A program made the position numbers and the translations under genes. From a virus (taxonomy: Duplodnaviria > Caudoviricetes), in the IMG/VR virus record IMGVR_UViG_3300032373_000014, positions 1 through 53,503 of that record: a stretch of DNA of 53,503 bases, one strand, 5' to 3'. The notes beneath the pieces were generated by a model. That model ran no database searches and had not been told where the DNA came from. It saw only the letters and a program-made list of their open reading frames with translations. Shown piece after piece: positions 35,348 through 43,499 of the stretch (positions within the stretch are counted from its first letter, which is position 1; each line of letters opens with the position of its first letter).

Positions 35348-35959
35348 ATGCCGTCTATGAGTCGAATTGGATTGAAATTAAAAGAACTTAGGGAGCGCAC
35401 CGGGCTCTCTGTTCGAGCCTTTGCAGATGAGGCTAAGATGAATTTTGGGACCTACGCAAATTGGGAAAATAGGTCGAAAAAACCGTTCTTGAGTATGGAC
35501 ATGGTTTCAAAGTTCATGCCTGTCTACCTGGCTCATGGTATCGAAAGAAGTGAAGTTTTGAGACTTGTAGGCTTAGAAGAAGAGCCGCATTTTCAAGAAC
35601 TAAGCAATGCCTCGCAAGACGTTATCCGCTTTGAAGAAATACAGATCAGCCGTCAATTGAGCGCGGAGGTCGAGGACCCTATCAAGTATAGAGAAAGCGG
35701 TCGGCCAGCGATTGATATTCTCGTAGTGGGCGAAATTGAGTCCCTTGGTCCCCAATTATATGTAGTTGGTGTGGTTGGTGATCAGATAGTTGCGTATCCT
35801 TCTGATTTTAAGGGGAACCTTGGGACACCGTTGCCTTTTGATCCTCATGCCGATTGGGACAACGGAGAGGTTCTTGTAGATAAAAATAAACACACTTTTC
35901 GCATTTTAGGCGTTGTTCGCTCGCTGAATGTTGAGTGCAACGGGTCCCCCATACAATAG
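35348..35959 (+). CDS. cI: CI-like immunity repressor
   Basis: N-terminal XRE HTH (LKELRERTGLSVRAFA......TYANWE); divergent from cro across the operators; degenerate S24-like C-terminus. Confidence 0.85.
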   Translation: MPSMSRIGLKLKELRERTGLSVRAFADEAKMNFGTYANWENRSKKPFLSMDMVSKFMPVYLAHGIERSEVLRLVGLEEEPHFQELSNASQDVIRFEEIQISRQLSAEVEDPIKYRESGRPAIDILVVGEIESLGPQLYVVGVVGDQIVAYPSDFKGNLGTPLPFDPHADWDNGEVLVDKNKHTFRILGVVRSLNVECNGSPIQ

Positions 35960-36159
35960 CGGTATTCTTAATAGCAGATTTGTTCGCCCTTTTCATGCCG
36001 ACCCCAACTCGTTGACAATTTAATCAATAACGGCGAACACTTTAGCGCAGCCGAAATCGTCAACGTCTAGAAAAAAGACGTGTTTGCGGAAAAAGTATCC
36101 TCTAGGTTTCCGTGGGACACTTAGGCGTATCCTTTTAAGACATGATCACACCTTATGGT

Positions 36160-36390
36160 TTAGTTTTTGATCTCTGGATTTCCAAAATTTGAAAGAGTGA
36201 TTCGCTCGGTATCATGTGAAAGTAGCATTCGCTTACATAGCGTCAGATGGAAGCTTAGTTCGCTTATTTGCAGTTTTTCGGCCATTTTCGCACACCTATC
36301 TAACTCAAGAAGAAGTTCAGCGTGTTCACCTACCAAGTCTTCCTCACCTCTATAAATACGCGCAGTCCGCGTAAATGAAATATCTGACAT
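36160..36390 (-). CDS. 76-aa protein co-transcribed with luxI
   Basis: ATG 5 nt after the luxI stop, GGAG RBS; helical composition. Confidence 0.7.
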   Translation of the reverse strand: MSDISFTRTARIYRGEEDLVGEHAELLLELDRCAKMAEKLQISELSFHLTLCKRMLLSHDTERITLSNFGNPEIKN

Positions 36391-36395
36391 CTGCC

Positions 36396-37040
36396 CTACT
36401 CCGCCGCAATTTTCATGGCAGCCATACCGCTCAAGTCGTAGGCATCGGTGGATGGAAGTGGAAAATTAAACAACTCGGCCGCCTGAAGGCGCTGTCGCTG
36501 GAAGGAAGGCCTGAAGGCAACGACTTGCGCGTTGGTCTTTCCTGCGGGCCTGGGCTCTGTACGAATATGGGGGATGCCAAAAATCTGTACCGAGAGATAA
36601 GTAATTGAGGGGTCCTGAAGCATAATAACTTCGTCCACACCCTTTAGCGTAAGAAACTCGGCCATCGTGCAGAACATATCCAAAGCCACGCGCTCAAAGC
36701 CATCCTGAGTATCCACTTTTTCCCGGTCTATAAAGAAACGCGAAAGCTCCCAAGCACTATTCTTGCTGGGCAAATAGCCGTCAGCATAATCCGGCCAAAT
36801 ATCCCGCAACATGTAACTTCCTGTTGTCGGCAGTAAGCGCCACATTCCCAGCACATCACCGTGTTGATAGTTGATCACATAGACCGTACCTGGGTGGTCA
36901 TAGATATCGCGTTCTTCGTCCCCATCACAGTCAACGGCCCACCCTAGCATGTCGTGAAAGATCAGTTTGCGCTTTCTAAACATCATACGTTTGATGTGAG
37001 GGTACTCGTCGAGTTGTGCGCCCGTAGCGATGAAAGCCAT
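36396..37040 (-). CDS. luxI: Acyl-homoserine-lactone synthase (LuxI family)
   Basis: R...F...LGW, EERDIYD, RLLPTT..YML and WELSRF: all core LuxI motifs present. Confidence 0.95.
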   Translation of the reverse strand: MAFIATGAQLDEYPHIKRMMFRKRKLIFHDMLGWAVDCDGDEERDIYDHPGTVYVINYQHGDVLGMWRLLPTTGSYMLRDIWPDYADGYLPSKNSAWELSRFFIDREKVDTQDGFERVALDMFCTMAEFLTLKGVDEVIMLQDPSITYLSVQIFGIPHIRTEPRPAGKTNAQVVAFRPSFQRQRLQAAELFNFPLPSTDAYDLSGMAAMKIAAE

Positions 37041-37074
37041 AATAACGTCTCCTTTGTTTCGGAAACGTTATTAT
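37039..37074 (-). promoter_or_regulatory. 14-bp mRNA stem-loop occluding the luxI SD and start codon
   Basis: AUAAUAACGUUUCC-GAAACAAA-GGAGACGUUAUUAU(G); fully paired with one G:U. Confidence 0.75.
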
Positions 37075-37122
37075 CAACGGTTTATGACTAGTGCTGTATC
37101 CCCAAATACTGGGACAGAGGTA

Positions 37123-37860
37123 TTATTTTATGAATGGCAGGAACTTAGCAAATGACATCTTAAATGCCGCTTGAGGCACATTCTTTGCCTCAAGCTTCTG
37201 GAGTGCCCGCTTCACATGAGTATCGGTAGACGCCACCCCTCTACCTTGATTTTCCGACACTTTCTTGCGAGTAGCGCCATCCATGATCAATTCTATCATG
37301 GTATCGCGTTCGGTTGGGCTGAGGTCAACGCCGACCGGACTCGGAGCCATTCCAATCTCATGGCTAAAGTGATTTATGTGAATGGAGATGTGGGTCAATA
37401 AATCTTTGTAGGATTCCCACACGTGTTCTGCCTCGTCCTCAGTTCCGAAGAAAGACAAACAGCCCCACTTGCCACTAATGATACCCACAGGAAAATGGCA
37501 TCCGTCCGCCATACCATAATCAGCAGCGCGTTCCATAAAGTGTTCCGCCTGTGGCGACAGGTCCAGCTGTTCTAATTGGGGCTTCCAGCGAAAAGGCGAG
37601 CCGACAGTTGCGGCCAACAAGGAAATAGGATCAATACGGAAATAGCCTTCACGGTCATATTCTTCCATCCATTTCTTAGGCCGGGTGTCTATCTCATCAT
37701 AATGCGCTAGTGAAGAACCAAACCACCACGTGAAACCAGATATCCCAATTTCCCTAGTCAGCTTCCTGAGACAGCGCTCAAGGTTGCCCCGGGTCCTATC
37801 GCGATTCAACGCCGTGGCAAAATTGATAGCGCCTTCTAATGGTTCAATACTATCGGTCAT
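37123..37860 (-). CDS. luxR: LuxR-family AHL receptor/regulator
   Basis: Autoinducer-binding residues W..EY...Y..IDP, PF.W and A.DYG..DG; C-terminal LuxR HTH (LSPTERD...H.K....KL); GGAGG RBS before ATG 37860. Confidence 0.93.
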   Translation of the reverse strand: MTDSIEPLEGAINFATALNRDRTRGNLERCLRKLTREIGISGFTWWFGSSLAHYDEIDTRPKKWMEEYDREGYFRIDPISLLAATVGSPFRWKPQLEQLDLSPQAEHFMERAADYGMADGCHFPVGIISGKWGCLSFFGTEDEAEHVWESYKDLLTHISIHINHFSHEIGMAPSPVGVDLSPTERDTMIELIMDGATRKKVSENQGRGVASTDTHVKRALQKLEAKNVPQAAFKMSFAKFLPFIK

Positions 37861-38023
37861 GAACGAACCTCCAAAGTGAAGATACAACTTTCAGTGCGTC
37901 TTTTCCAACTACATCTATTCCTTTAACGACATTTAAACCATCGTCACGTGATATACATCACGGCTACAGGGACCGACCACTTGTAACATATCGAAGAAGC
38001 AAGTCGGGGAAGGCAGGCTCGAA

Positions 38024-38392
38024 ATGAGTGAGAACACGAGCGCTAAATGTAAAGATATCAATAGACTGATAGGCAGACGTGTGTTTGATGCGCGCCGGAT
38101 GCAGGGAATTGAGCGCACCGACCTAGCGGAACTATTGGGTATTACTAAGCAGCAAATGGGGAAGCTAGAACGTGGCGAGGTCGCGTTTAAAGTTGATCGA
38201 TTGATTGCCGTTGCCGATCACATGGGTATTGCGCCTAGCGTATTTGTTGATAGTCTGAACAGTGAAAATTCCAATGACCATCATGCCGCACTTCTTCATC
38301 TCATTATGGACAAAACTAGCAATGCAGAACTACGGCATATAGAGACTATTTTAAACCTGATGCTTGATCTTCCCGGTCGAAACAGCGATTAA
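38024..38392 (+). CDS. XRE-family transcriptional regulator divergent from luxR
   Basis: IGRR....R...G....DLAELLGIT.QQ..K.ERG. Confidence 0.88.
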   Translation: MSENTSAKCKDINRLIGRRVFDARRMQGIERTDLAELLGITKQQMGKLERGEVAFKVDRLIAVADHMGIAPSVFVDSLNSENSNDHHAALLHLIMDKTSNAELRHIETILNLMLDLPGRNSD

Positions 38393-38489
38393 TTTCGCGA
38401 CTAGTGAAGCCACCCTTCTCTCCTAAACTCCCTATTTCCGTATGAAAAAGACGGCTAAAAACCGCCAGTGTGTGCTGATTAACCCTAAA

Positions 38490-38544
38490 TGTATTCATTT
38501 TGATTACATTTCTGTTGACATTGTTTTCATTTTGAATACATAAT
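38490..38544 (+). promoter_or_regulatory. OL/PL: two 19-bp operators overlapping a sigma70 promoter
   Basis: TGTATTCAtttTGATTACA 38490; TGTTTTCAtttTGAATACA 38522; TTGACA (38515), 18-bp spacer, CATAAT. Confidence 0.85.
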
Positions 38545-38682
38545 ACACCCATAGCAGCGACCAAACGGGCTTTTTACCAACTCTAAGTATCAACGCTCGA
38601 TGGTTCGCCAGCTACCGCAAACACCCGATACAGCCAATAGGCACACCGGGCAGCGGTTTTGAAACGAAATGGGGTACGACAA

Positions 38683-38985
38683 ATGAACGCAGCATTAGAA
38701 CAGTCATTAATTAACGTAGAACTAGCAGGAAACACGGCCCGGCGCCGTCACGCGGAACGCCTTGCACAAACTGTTACTGATCTTGATTTGAAATGCTGGT
38801 TCATGGCAACGCACCCGGACGGAGATTTCCCCTCCGATCCCGAAGAACGCATTAAATTGCTTTTGCCTATCCGAGATTACTTTGCTTCTTCACACAACAG
38901 CCTTGCTTTTCAAAAAGTTGAAGCCGCGATTTGCCGCGAGTTGTTACGAGAGGAAGAACTCAATAGCGCTCGGGAGGCGGCGTAA
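38683..38985 (+). CDS. Hypothetical early protein (first PL gene)
   Basis: GGGG RBS; coupled to the next gene. Confidence 0.7.
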   Translation: MNAALEQSLINVELAGNTARRRHAERLAQTVTDLDLKCWFMATHPDGDFPSDPEERIKLLLPIRDYFASSHNSLAFQKVEAAICRELLREEELNSAREAA

Positions 38986-39305
38986 TGGGCAACGTAATCA
39001 ACATGAACGAATTCAAAGTTTCCTCCCCAGCCCGGAGCGACAGAGGGAAAGCGGCCCCCACCCAATTCCCTCCTGTAACGTCGCTCCGGGTATTGGAGGA
39101 CCGCAATATAGCCGAGGTGAGGATGGCGACCTGTGTGCGTGAGGCCGACGCTCTTTTGAGTGAGGCAAAGCGGCAAGCTGCCATATTACGAACCTTGGAC
39201 GCGCCGCAAGCCGATGCAGCAATGGGCATGCTCATCATGGCACGCAAAAGCGCCCGAACGGCAGTCGAATTAATTCACGGCCCACCACCGAAAATAGGAG
39301 CCTAG
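38985..39305 (+). CDS. Hypothetical early protein
   Basis: GGAGG RBS, TAATG overlap. Confidence 0.7.
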   Translation: MGNVINMNEFKVSSPARSDRGKAAPTQFPPVTSLRVLEDRNIAEVRMATCVREADALLSEAKRQAAILRTLDAPQADAAMGMLIMARKSARTAVELIHGPPPKIGA

Positions 39306-39307
39306 AA

Positions 39308-39547
39308 ATGCACGATCAACAGTCAGTCAACGGGCGAGTTATGCCTTGTTCAGAGGAACGCCGCGCCAGCCAGTTCACGGATATGCAGCAGATGGCGAAG
39401 ATCACGGCCCGCTCCGCATACGGCTATTTGGTCCAGCCGGAATTGTTCAAGGACAACAACATCGACCCTCAAATCAAGGGCGTGCTGCAGTCGATGCAGG
39501 CAAACGCGGAAGACCTTCATGCCCTGATATCAAAGCGTGCGGCATGA
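39308..39547 (+). CDS. Hypothetical early protein
   Basis: AGGAG RBS. Confidence 0.65.
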   Translation: MHDQQSVNGRVMPCSEERRASQFTDMQQMAKITARSAYGYLVQPELFKDNNIDPQIKGVLQSMQANAEDLHALISKRAA

Positions 39548-39681
39548 ACGCCCCCGTTTACATAAACCGGCGCATCAGGCGCTCACGCATGAGCCCGCAC
39601 CGTAAGCGCATGTTGATTGCAGCAGCGGTGAGCTTTGGCTTGGCGGGCGGTTTGCTGGCCCTAGCTGCGGGGATTTTGTGA
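39544..39681 (+). CDS. Small membrane peptide
   Basis: ATGA overlap; basic N-terminus plus TM helix. Confidence 0.55.
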   Translation: MNAPVYINRRIRRSRMSPHRKRMLIAAAVSFGLAGGLLALAAGIL

Positions 39682-40037
39682 TGACCGATACGCAGCACTC
39701 ACCCGCCCCTTGGGCACTAGCCGACAGCATAGTAGCCTACAACCATATCATCGATGCCAACGGTAAGGTGATAGCGAAGATTGAAGGTACAGACAACCCG
39801 CAGGAATGGCTAGCAAACGCCCGCCATATTTCGTCCGCACTCGATACGCATCATGCGTTACTACGCTCTAACGAGCTAATAATTGCGGCCCAAAAAGCAA
39901 TTTGTCTTTACTTGCAACCAACCGGCCCAGATTGGCAGGACCTAGTTGAAGAGCTCATAGAATTATTCGACGGTCCGGCCCAGCGCGAAATTCAATCTGC
40001 CGTAACCGCCGCCCTCAAGAAAGCGAGGGGCGAGTGA
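39678..40037 (+). CDS. Hypothetical phage protein
   Basis: HSPAPW...ANAR.I motif common in phage early genes. Confidence 0.7.
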   Translation: MMTDTQHSPAPWALADSIVAYNHIIDANGKVIAKIEGTDNPQEWLANARHISSALDTHHALLRSNELIIAAQKAICLYLQPTGPDWQDLVEELIELFDGPAQREIQSAVTAALKKARGE

Positions 40038-40237
40038 TGGACAGGGAAGATGTTCAAATATTAACCCAAGAGATTGGCTGCTCAATTCGAGAAGCTAACA
40101 CTTCTTTGCGTGATCAGTTCGCAATGGCAGCGCTTAGCGGGATGCTAGCACATCCTAGAAACCAATGTGACCCCGCCCACGACGTAACCACAGCCTATAA
40201 ATTTGCCGATGCAATGATGATAGCGAGGGGCGAGTGA
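40034..40237 (+). CDS. Hypothetical phage protein
   Basis: LRDQFAMAAL...AY..ADAM...R motif. Confidence 0.75.
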   Translation: MMDREDVQILTQEIGCSIREANTSLRDQFAMAALSGMLAHPRNQCDPAHDVTTAYKFADAMMIARGE

Positions 40238-40638
40238 TGGTTGATAACCAAACCCAAACCAGCCAATTCCGCGCGGTAGTCTTGGCGGCACTCAAGGCAG
40301 ACGCCGTGCTGGGGTTTATGCTTGCTGGCATCTACGACGAAGCGCCCAAAGATGCCAGCTATCCCTATTTGGCTATGGGCGAAACCAACCTGCGAAACGC
40401 CGATACATCCGGGATTAGTATCATGTTTGACCTGATGTTGTGGTCTGATGAAAAGAGCCAAATGCGGGTCAAAGAATTAATGGCTGCAGTGGATACCAGT
40501 CTGGAAGCAGCCGACATTTCCTTGGAAGTGATAACCCTGCGGCTGGTAAGCGCCAGCACAGTGCGCCAATGGAGCGAAGCCGGAAGCCTGTACCGTGGTC
40601 GCCTAAGTTACGATGCCAAGATTACGAGGGCTGCGTGA
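40234..40638 (+). CDS. Second DUF3168 tail-terminator-like protein, in the early operon
   Basis: Aligns by eye with 13093..13506: ADA.L, YDE.P.DA.YP, FD...WS.E.SQM..KEL...VD, RQ....G..YRGR..Y. Confidence 0.8.
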   Translation: MMVDNQTQTSQFRAVVLAALKADAVLGFMLAGIYDEAPKDASYPYLAMGETNLRNADTSGISIMFDLMLWSDEKSQMRVKELMAAVDTSLEAADISLEVITLRLVSASTVRQWSEAGSLYRGRLSYDAKITRAA

Positions 40639-40769
40639 TGAAAAAGCTCACCCTCACCATATTGCTAGGCAGTTCCGCGCTCGCCTCATTTGCATCTGGC
40701 CTGCCTGCACTCGGTTTGTGCCTGGCTGTCGGCTGCTACTTGCTGGTGAGAGGTTTTAAGCATGCTTAA
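40638..40769 (+). CDS. Small hydrophobic peptide
   Basis: MKKLTLTILLG..., coupled to neighbours. Confidence 0.5.
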   Translation: MKKLTLTILLGSSALASFASGLPALGLCLAVGCYLLVRGFKHA

Positions 40770-41089
40770 GCGCCGTACAAGGCCCCGCAGGACCGCGAGA
40801 GACGAGAACGCGCAGCATCGCAAGTATGTTCGAGGTTTCGAGTGTCTGGTGAACAACAGCTACTGCTCTATCCGCATTGAGTGCGCGCATGTTCGAAAAG
40901 GCACCGATGGCGGCATGGGCAAAAAAACCATCCGACAAATATACGGTCCCTCTTTGTGACCATCATCATGACGAGCAACACCGCATCGGGGAAACGACGT
41001 TCTGGAAAACATACAAGATTGATCCGCTGAAAGTGGCCGCCCGCCTGTGGGCGTTGAGCCCTTACGGCAAGAAAAAGGAAGCGGCATGA
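40762..41089 (+). pseudogene. DUF968-like HNH nuclease split by a frameshift
   Basis: CAHVR...GGMGKK in one frame, PSD...VPLC..HH.EQH in another; A7 run at 40921-40927. Confidence 0.7.
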
Positions 41090-42054
41090 CGTTCGTAATC
41101 ACAAAACCCGGAATTTATGACGTGCCCGAGGAAGAATACCACGCCGATCCGGTGCCGTCGCTGTCGCTTAGTAGCAGCGGTGCCAAGAAGATGTATGAGA
41201 AAACGCCCCTACACTACTGGACGGACCGTCGACTAGGGAGCAAGTCAACGTCAGCCCTCAAGTTGGGATCAGCCGCGCACATAGCACTCTTGGAGCCTGA
41301 GCGTTTCGACAAGACCTATTTCGTTATGCCTGAAGGCCTTTCCATGTCTTTTGCTGCAACCAAAGCATTGAAAGAGGAATTTGGCGAAGACGGCGTTAAA
41401 GAGCTAAAGGCAACGGCCAAGTCTGCTAAGGAAATCGGGCAAATTCTCCTATCGTACAAGGATGCCGAAATCGTCAAAGGCATGAAGGAAGGTATGGGCC
41501 GCAAGGAATCCATCCTCTCCAAGTTCATCACTTGCCCAAAGGAGCAATCGGCTTTTTGGTTCGACGATGTGTTTCGCATCTGGCGGCGCGCACGTTTTGA
41601 CTACTTGCCAAATGAGGGCCGGATATTCGCCGACTATAAAACCACCACTGACCTAAGTGATGACGCAATCAACAAGGCAGTCAGTAACTTTGGATGGCAC
41701 CAGCAAGCCGCTTGGTACCTAGACGCCATCAAGGCGCTAGGCCTGCACGACAAGCCTGTTTTCATGTTCATCATGCAGGAGAAAAGCCCACCTTACGAAA
41801 TTAGGTTGGTCGAGCTTGACTATCAATCAATTGCAGACGGTCAGGTCGTGAACGGATGGGCAATGGACCAGTTCGCTCGCGGGATAGAAACTGGCGAATG
41901 GCAAGGCTACCCATCCGCACCCTACATCGCAACGCGCCCGCGGTATGCAGAGACCATTTACGACGCCAAGCAGGAGGCCGGAGACTTTGCCCTCACACAC
42001 CGATTGAAGGCGGAATTTTATCAACCAGAAATACATGAGAAGGAAGCGGCATGA
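41086..42054 (+). CDS. RecE/exonuclease VIII-like PD-(D/E)xK nuclease
   Basis: PGIY.....EYHAD, LSSSG.K, GSAAH...LEP, RARFD, DYKTT, QAAWY. Confidence 0.88.
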   Translation: MTFVITKPGIYDVPEEEYHADPVPSLSLSSSGAKKMYEKTPLHYWTDRRLGSKSTSALKLGSAAHIALLEPERFDKTYFVMPEGLSMSFAATKALKEEFGEDGVKELKATAKSAKEIGQILLSYKDAEIVKGMKEGMGRKESILSKFITCPKEQSAFWFDDVFRIWRRARFDYLPNEGRIFADYKTTTDLSDDAINKAVSNFGWHQQAAWYLDAIKALGLHDKPVFMFIMQEKSPPYEIRLVELDYQSIADGQVVNGWAMDQFARGIETGEWQGYPSAPYIATRPRYAETIYDAKQEAGDFALTHRLKAEFYQPEIHEKEAA

Positions 42055-42992
42055 ACGCTCAAAACCGACAGCAACATACGGTCAAAAATGTAGCGGTATT
42101 AGAGACAGGAAACTCAATCGCAGCGATTGTCCCGGGCAATACAGGGGAAGTATTCCAACTTGCCGGTATCATTGTGAGTTCAGGTATGGCGCCCAAAGGC
42201 ATGAACACGCCGGAGCAAGCGGCTGTAGCCATTTTGACAGGTATGGAAGTTGGTCTCAGCCCTATCCAATCCGTCAACGCAATTGCCGTGATCAACGGTA
42301 GACCAACCATGTGGGGTGATGCCGTATTGGCTCTCGTACAAGGGTCGGGTTTGCTGATCGATATTGAAGAAAAAGTCGTGGGCGAAGGCCAAAGCATGAA
42401 AGCCGTATGCCGGGTTGATAGAAAATCCAGAAAGACAGCTACGGTCAGAGAGTTTTCATACGCCGACGCCCAAAAAGCGAATATTTTAAACAACGCCGTA
42501 TGGAAAACTTACCCGAAGCGCATGATGCAAATGCGCGCGCGTTCAATGGCGCTAAGAGACTGCTTCCCAGACGTCCTTTCGGGCATCCATATGCGCGAGG
42601 AAGTGCAGGATTACAAGCCCCTAGACGAGCCAACTACCGCGGGCGAACCGATAACAATATCGGAGCTTTCCGGCGAAACGCAGGCCGAGGAAGCGCACGA
42701 GAATGAAGACATAACCGACGCCGACATAGTGGAAGAACCGGACACCGATGGCCTAACGCCAGAAGAAGCCACTCAGGCCATTATGGACTTCACAAACGCG
42801 ACAACAAAGATGGAACTAAAAGAGAAATTTGTCGCCATCCGTGATCGCATCGAAGCGATGTCAGAAACGCCATTAAAGATAGCCCTCCGCGACACCTACA
42901 GCAACAGCATGGATGCGTTCAAGCAGGCCGAAGAAGCTGAGGACGATACGCTCCCCGGCGACACGCCAATGAGTGGCGAAATACAGGAATAA
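42051..42992 (+). CDS. recT: RecT-like single-strand annealing protein
   Basis: G.EVGL.P.Q....IAVINGRP..WGD, W..YPKRM...RAR....RD.FPD.L.G. Confidence 0.88.
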   Translation: MNAQNRQQHTVKNVAVLETGNSIAAIVPGNTGEVFQLAGIIVSSGMAPKGMNTPEQAAVAILTGMEVGLSPIQSVNAIAVINGRPTMWGDAVLALVQGSGLLIDIEEKVVGEGQSMKAVCRVDRKSRKTATVREFSYADAQKANILNNAVWKTYPKRMMQMRARSMALRDCFPDVLSGIHMREEVQDYKPLDEPTTAGEPITISELSGETQAEEAHENEDITDADIVEEPDTDGLTPEEATQAIMDFTNATTKMELKEKFVAIRDRIEAMSETPLKIALRDTYSNSMDAFKQAEEAEDDTLPGDTPMSGEIQE

Positions 42993-43114
42993 CCACCAGC
43001 CAGGCAGTGACAACGGGCAAAGGGAAAGAAGCCCCGTTCGAGCCACACATTAAGCCCTACCGCTTCTCATGGCTCCCAGTGATGGCGGTAGGCACAGAGA
43101 CAAAGGAACCCGAC

Positions 43115-43423
43115 ATGAGAAACAGCCCCGACCCCATAGACGTTTTCGTAGGTCAGCGAGTACGCGACCGCAGGAAAGAAACCGGCTTATCGCAAACGCA
43201 ACTCGGCAAAGAGATTGGCGTCACCTTTCAGCAGATCCAGAAGTATGAAAAAGGCACCAACCGGATGGGCTCAAGCCGTTTGGTCCGTATAGGCCGCACT
43301 CTAGGTATTCCCGTTTCGTACTTCTTTGAAGGCCTGCCGGGTAACGACAACAGCGCTGAAACGCCTTTGGATAAAGCCCGACGCCTTTCAACCGAATTGT
43401 CCCTTGCGCTCAAGGCTGCTTGA
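43115..43423 (+). CDS. XRE-family regulator
   Basis: D..VG.R.R.RR...GLSQ..LG..IGVTFQQIQKYEKGTNR. Confidence 0.92.
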   Translation: MRNSPDPIDVFVGQRVRDRRKETGLSQTQLGKEIGVTFQQIQKYEKGTNRMGSSRLVRIGRTLGIPVSYFFEGLPGNDNSAETPLDKARRLSTELSLALKAA

Positions 43424-43499
43424 GCCAAGCGCGAGGCGGGCTAACCCGCACCTAAGCCACTAGGCGAGGCCCGCCTTGCCGCTGAATGAAAGAAGCGAA

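Noticed and set aside
37922-37937. Possible CtrA box upstream of luxR
   Set aside because: TTAA-N6-TTAA spacing, or one mismatch at N7, in AT-rich DNA; too weak to call
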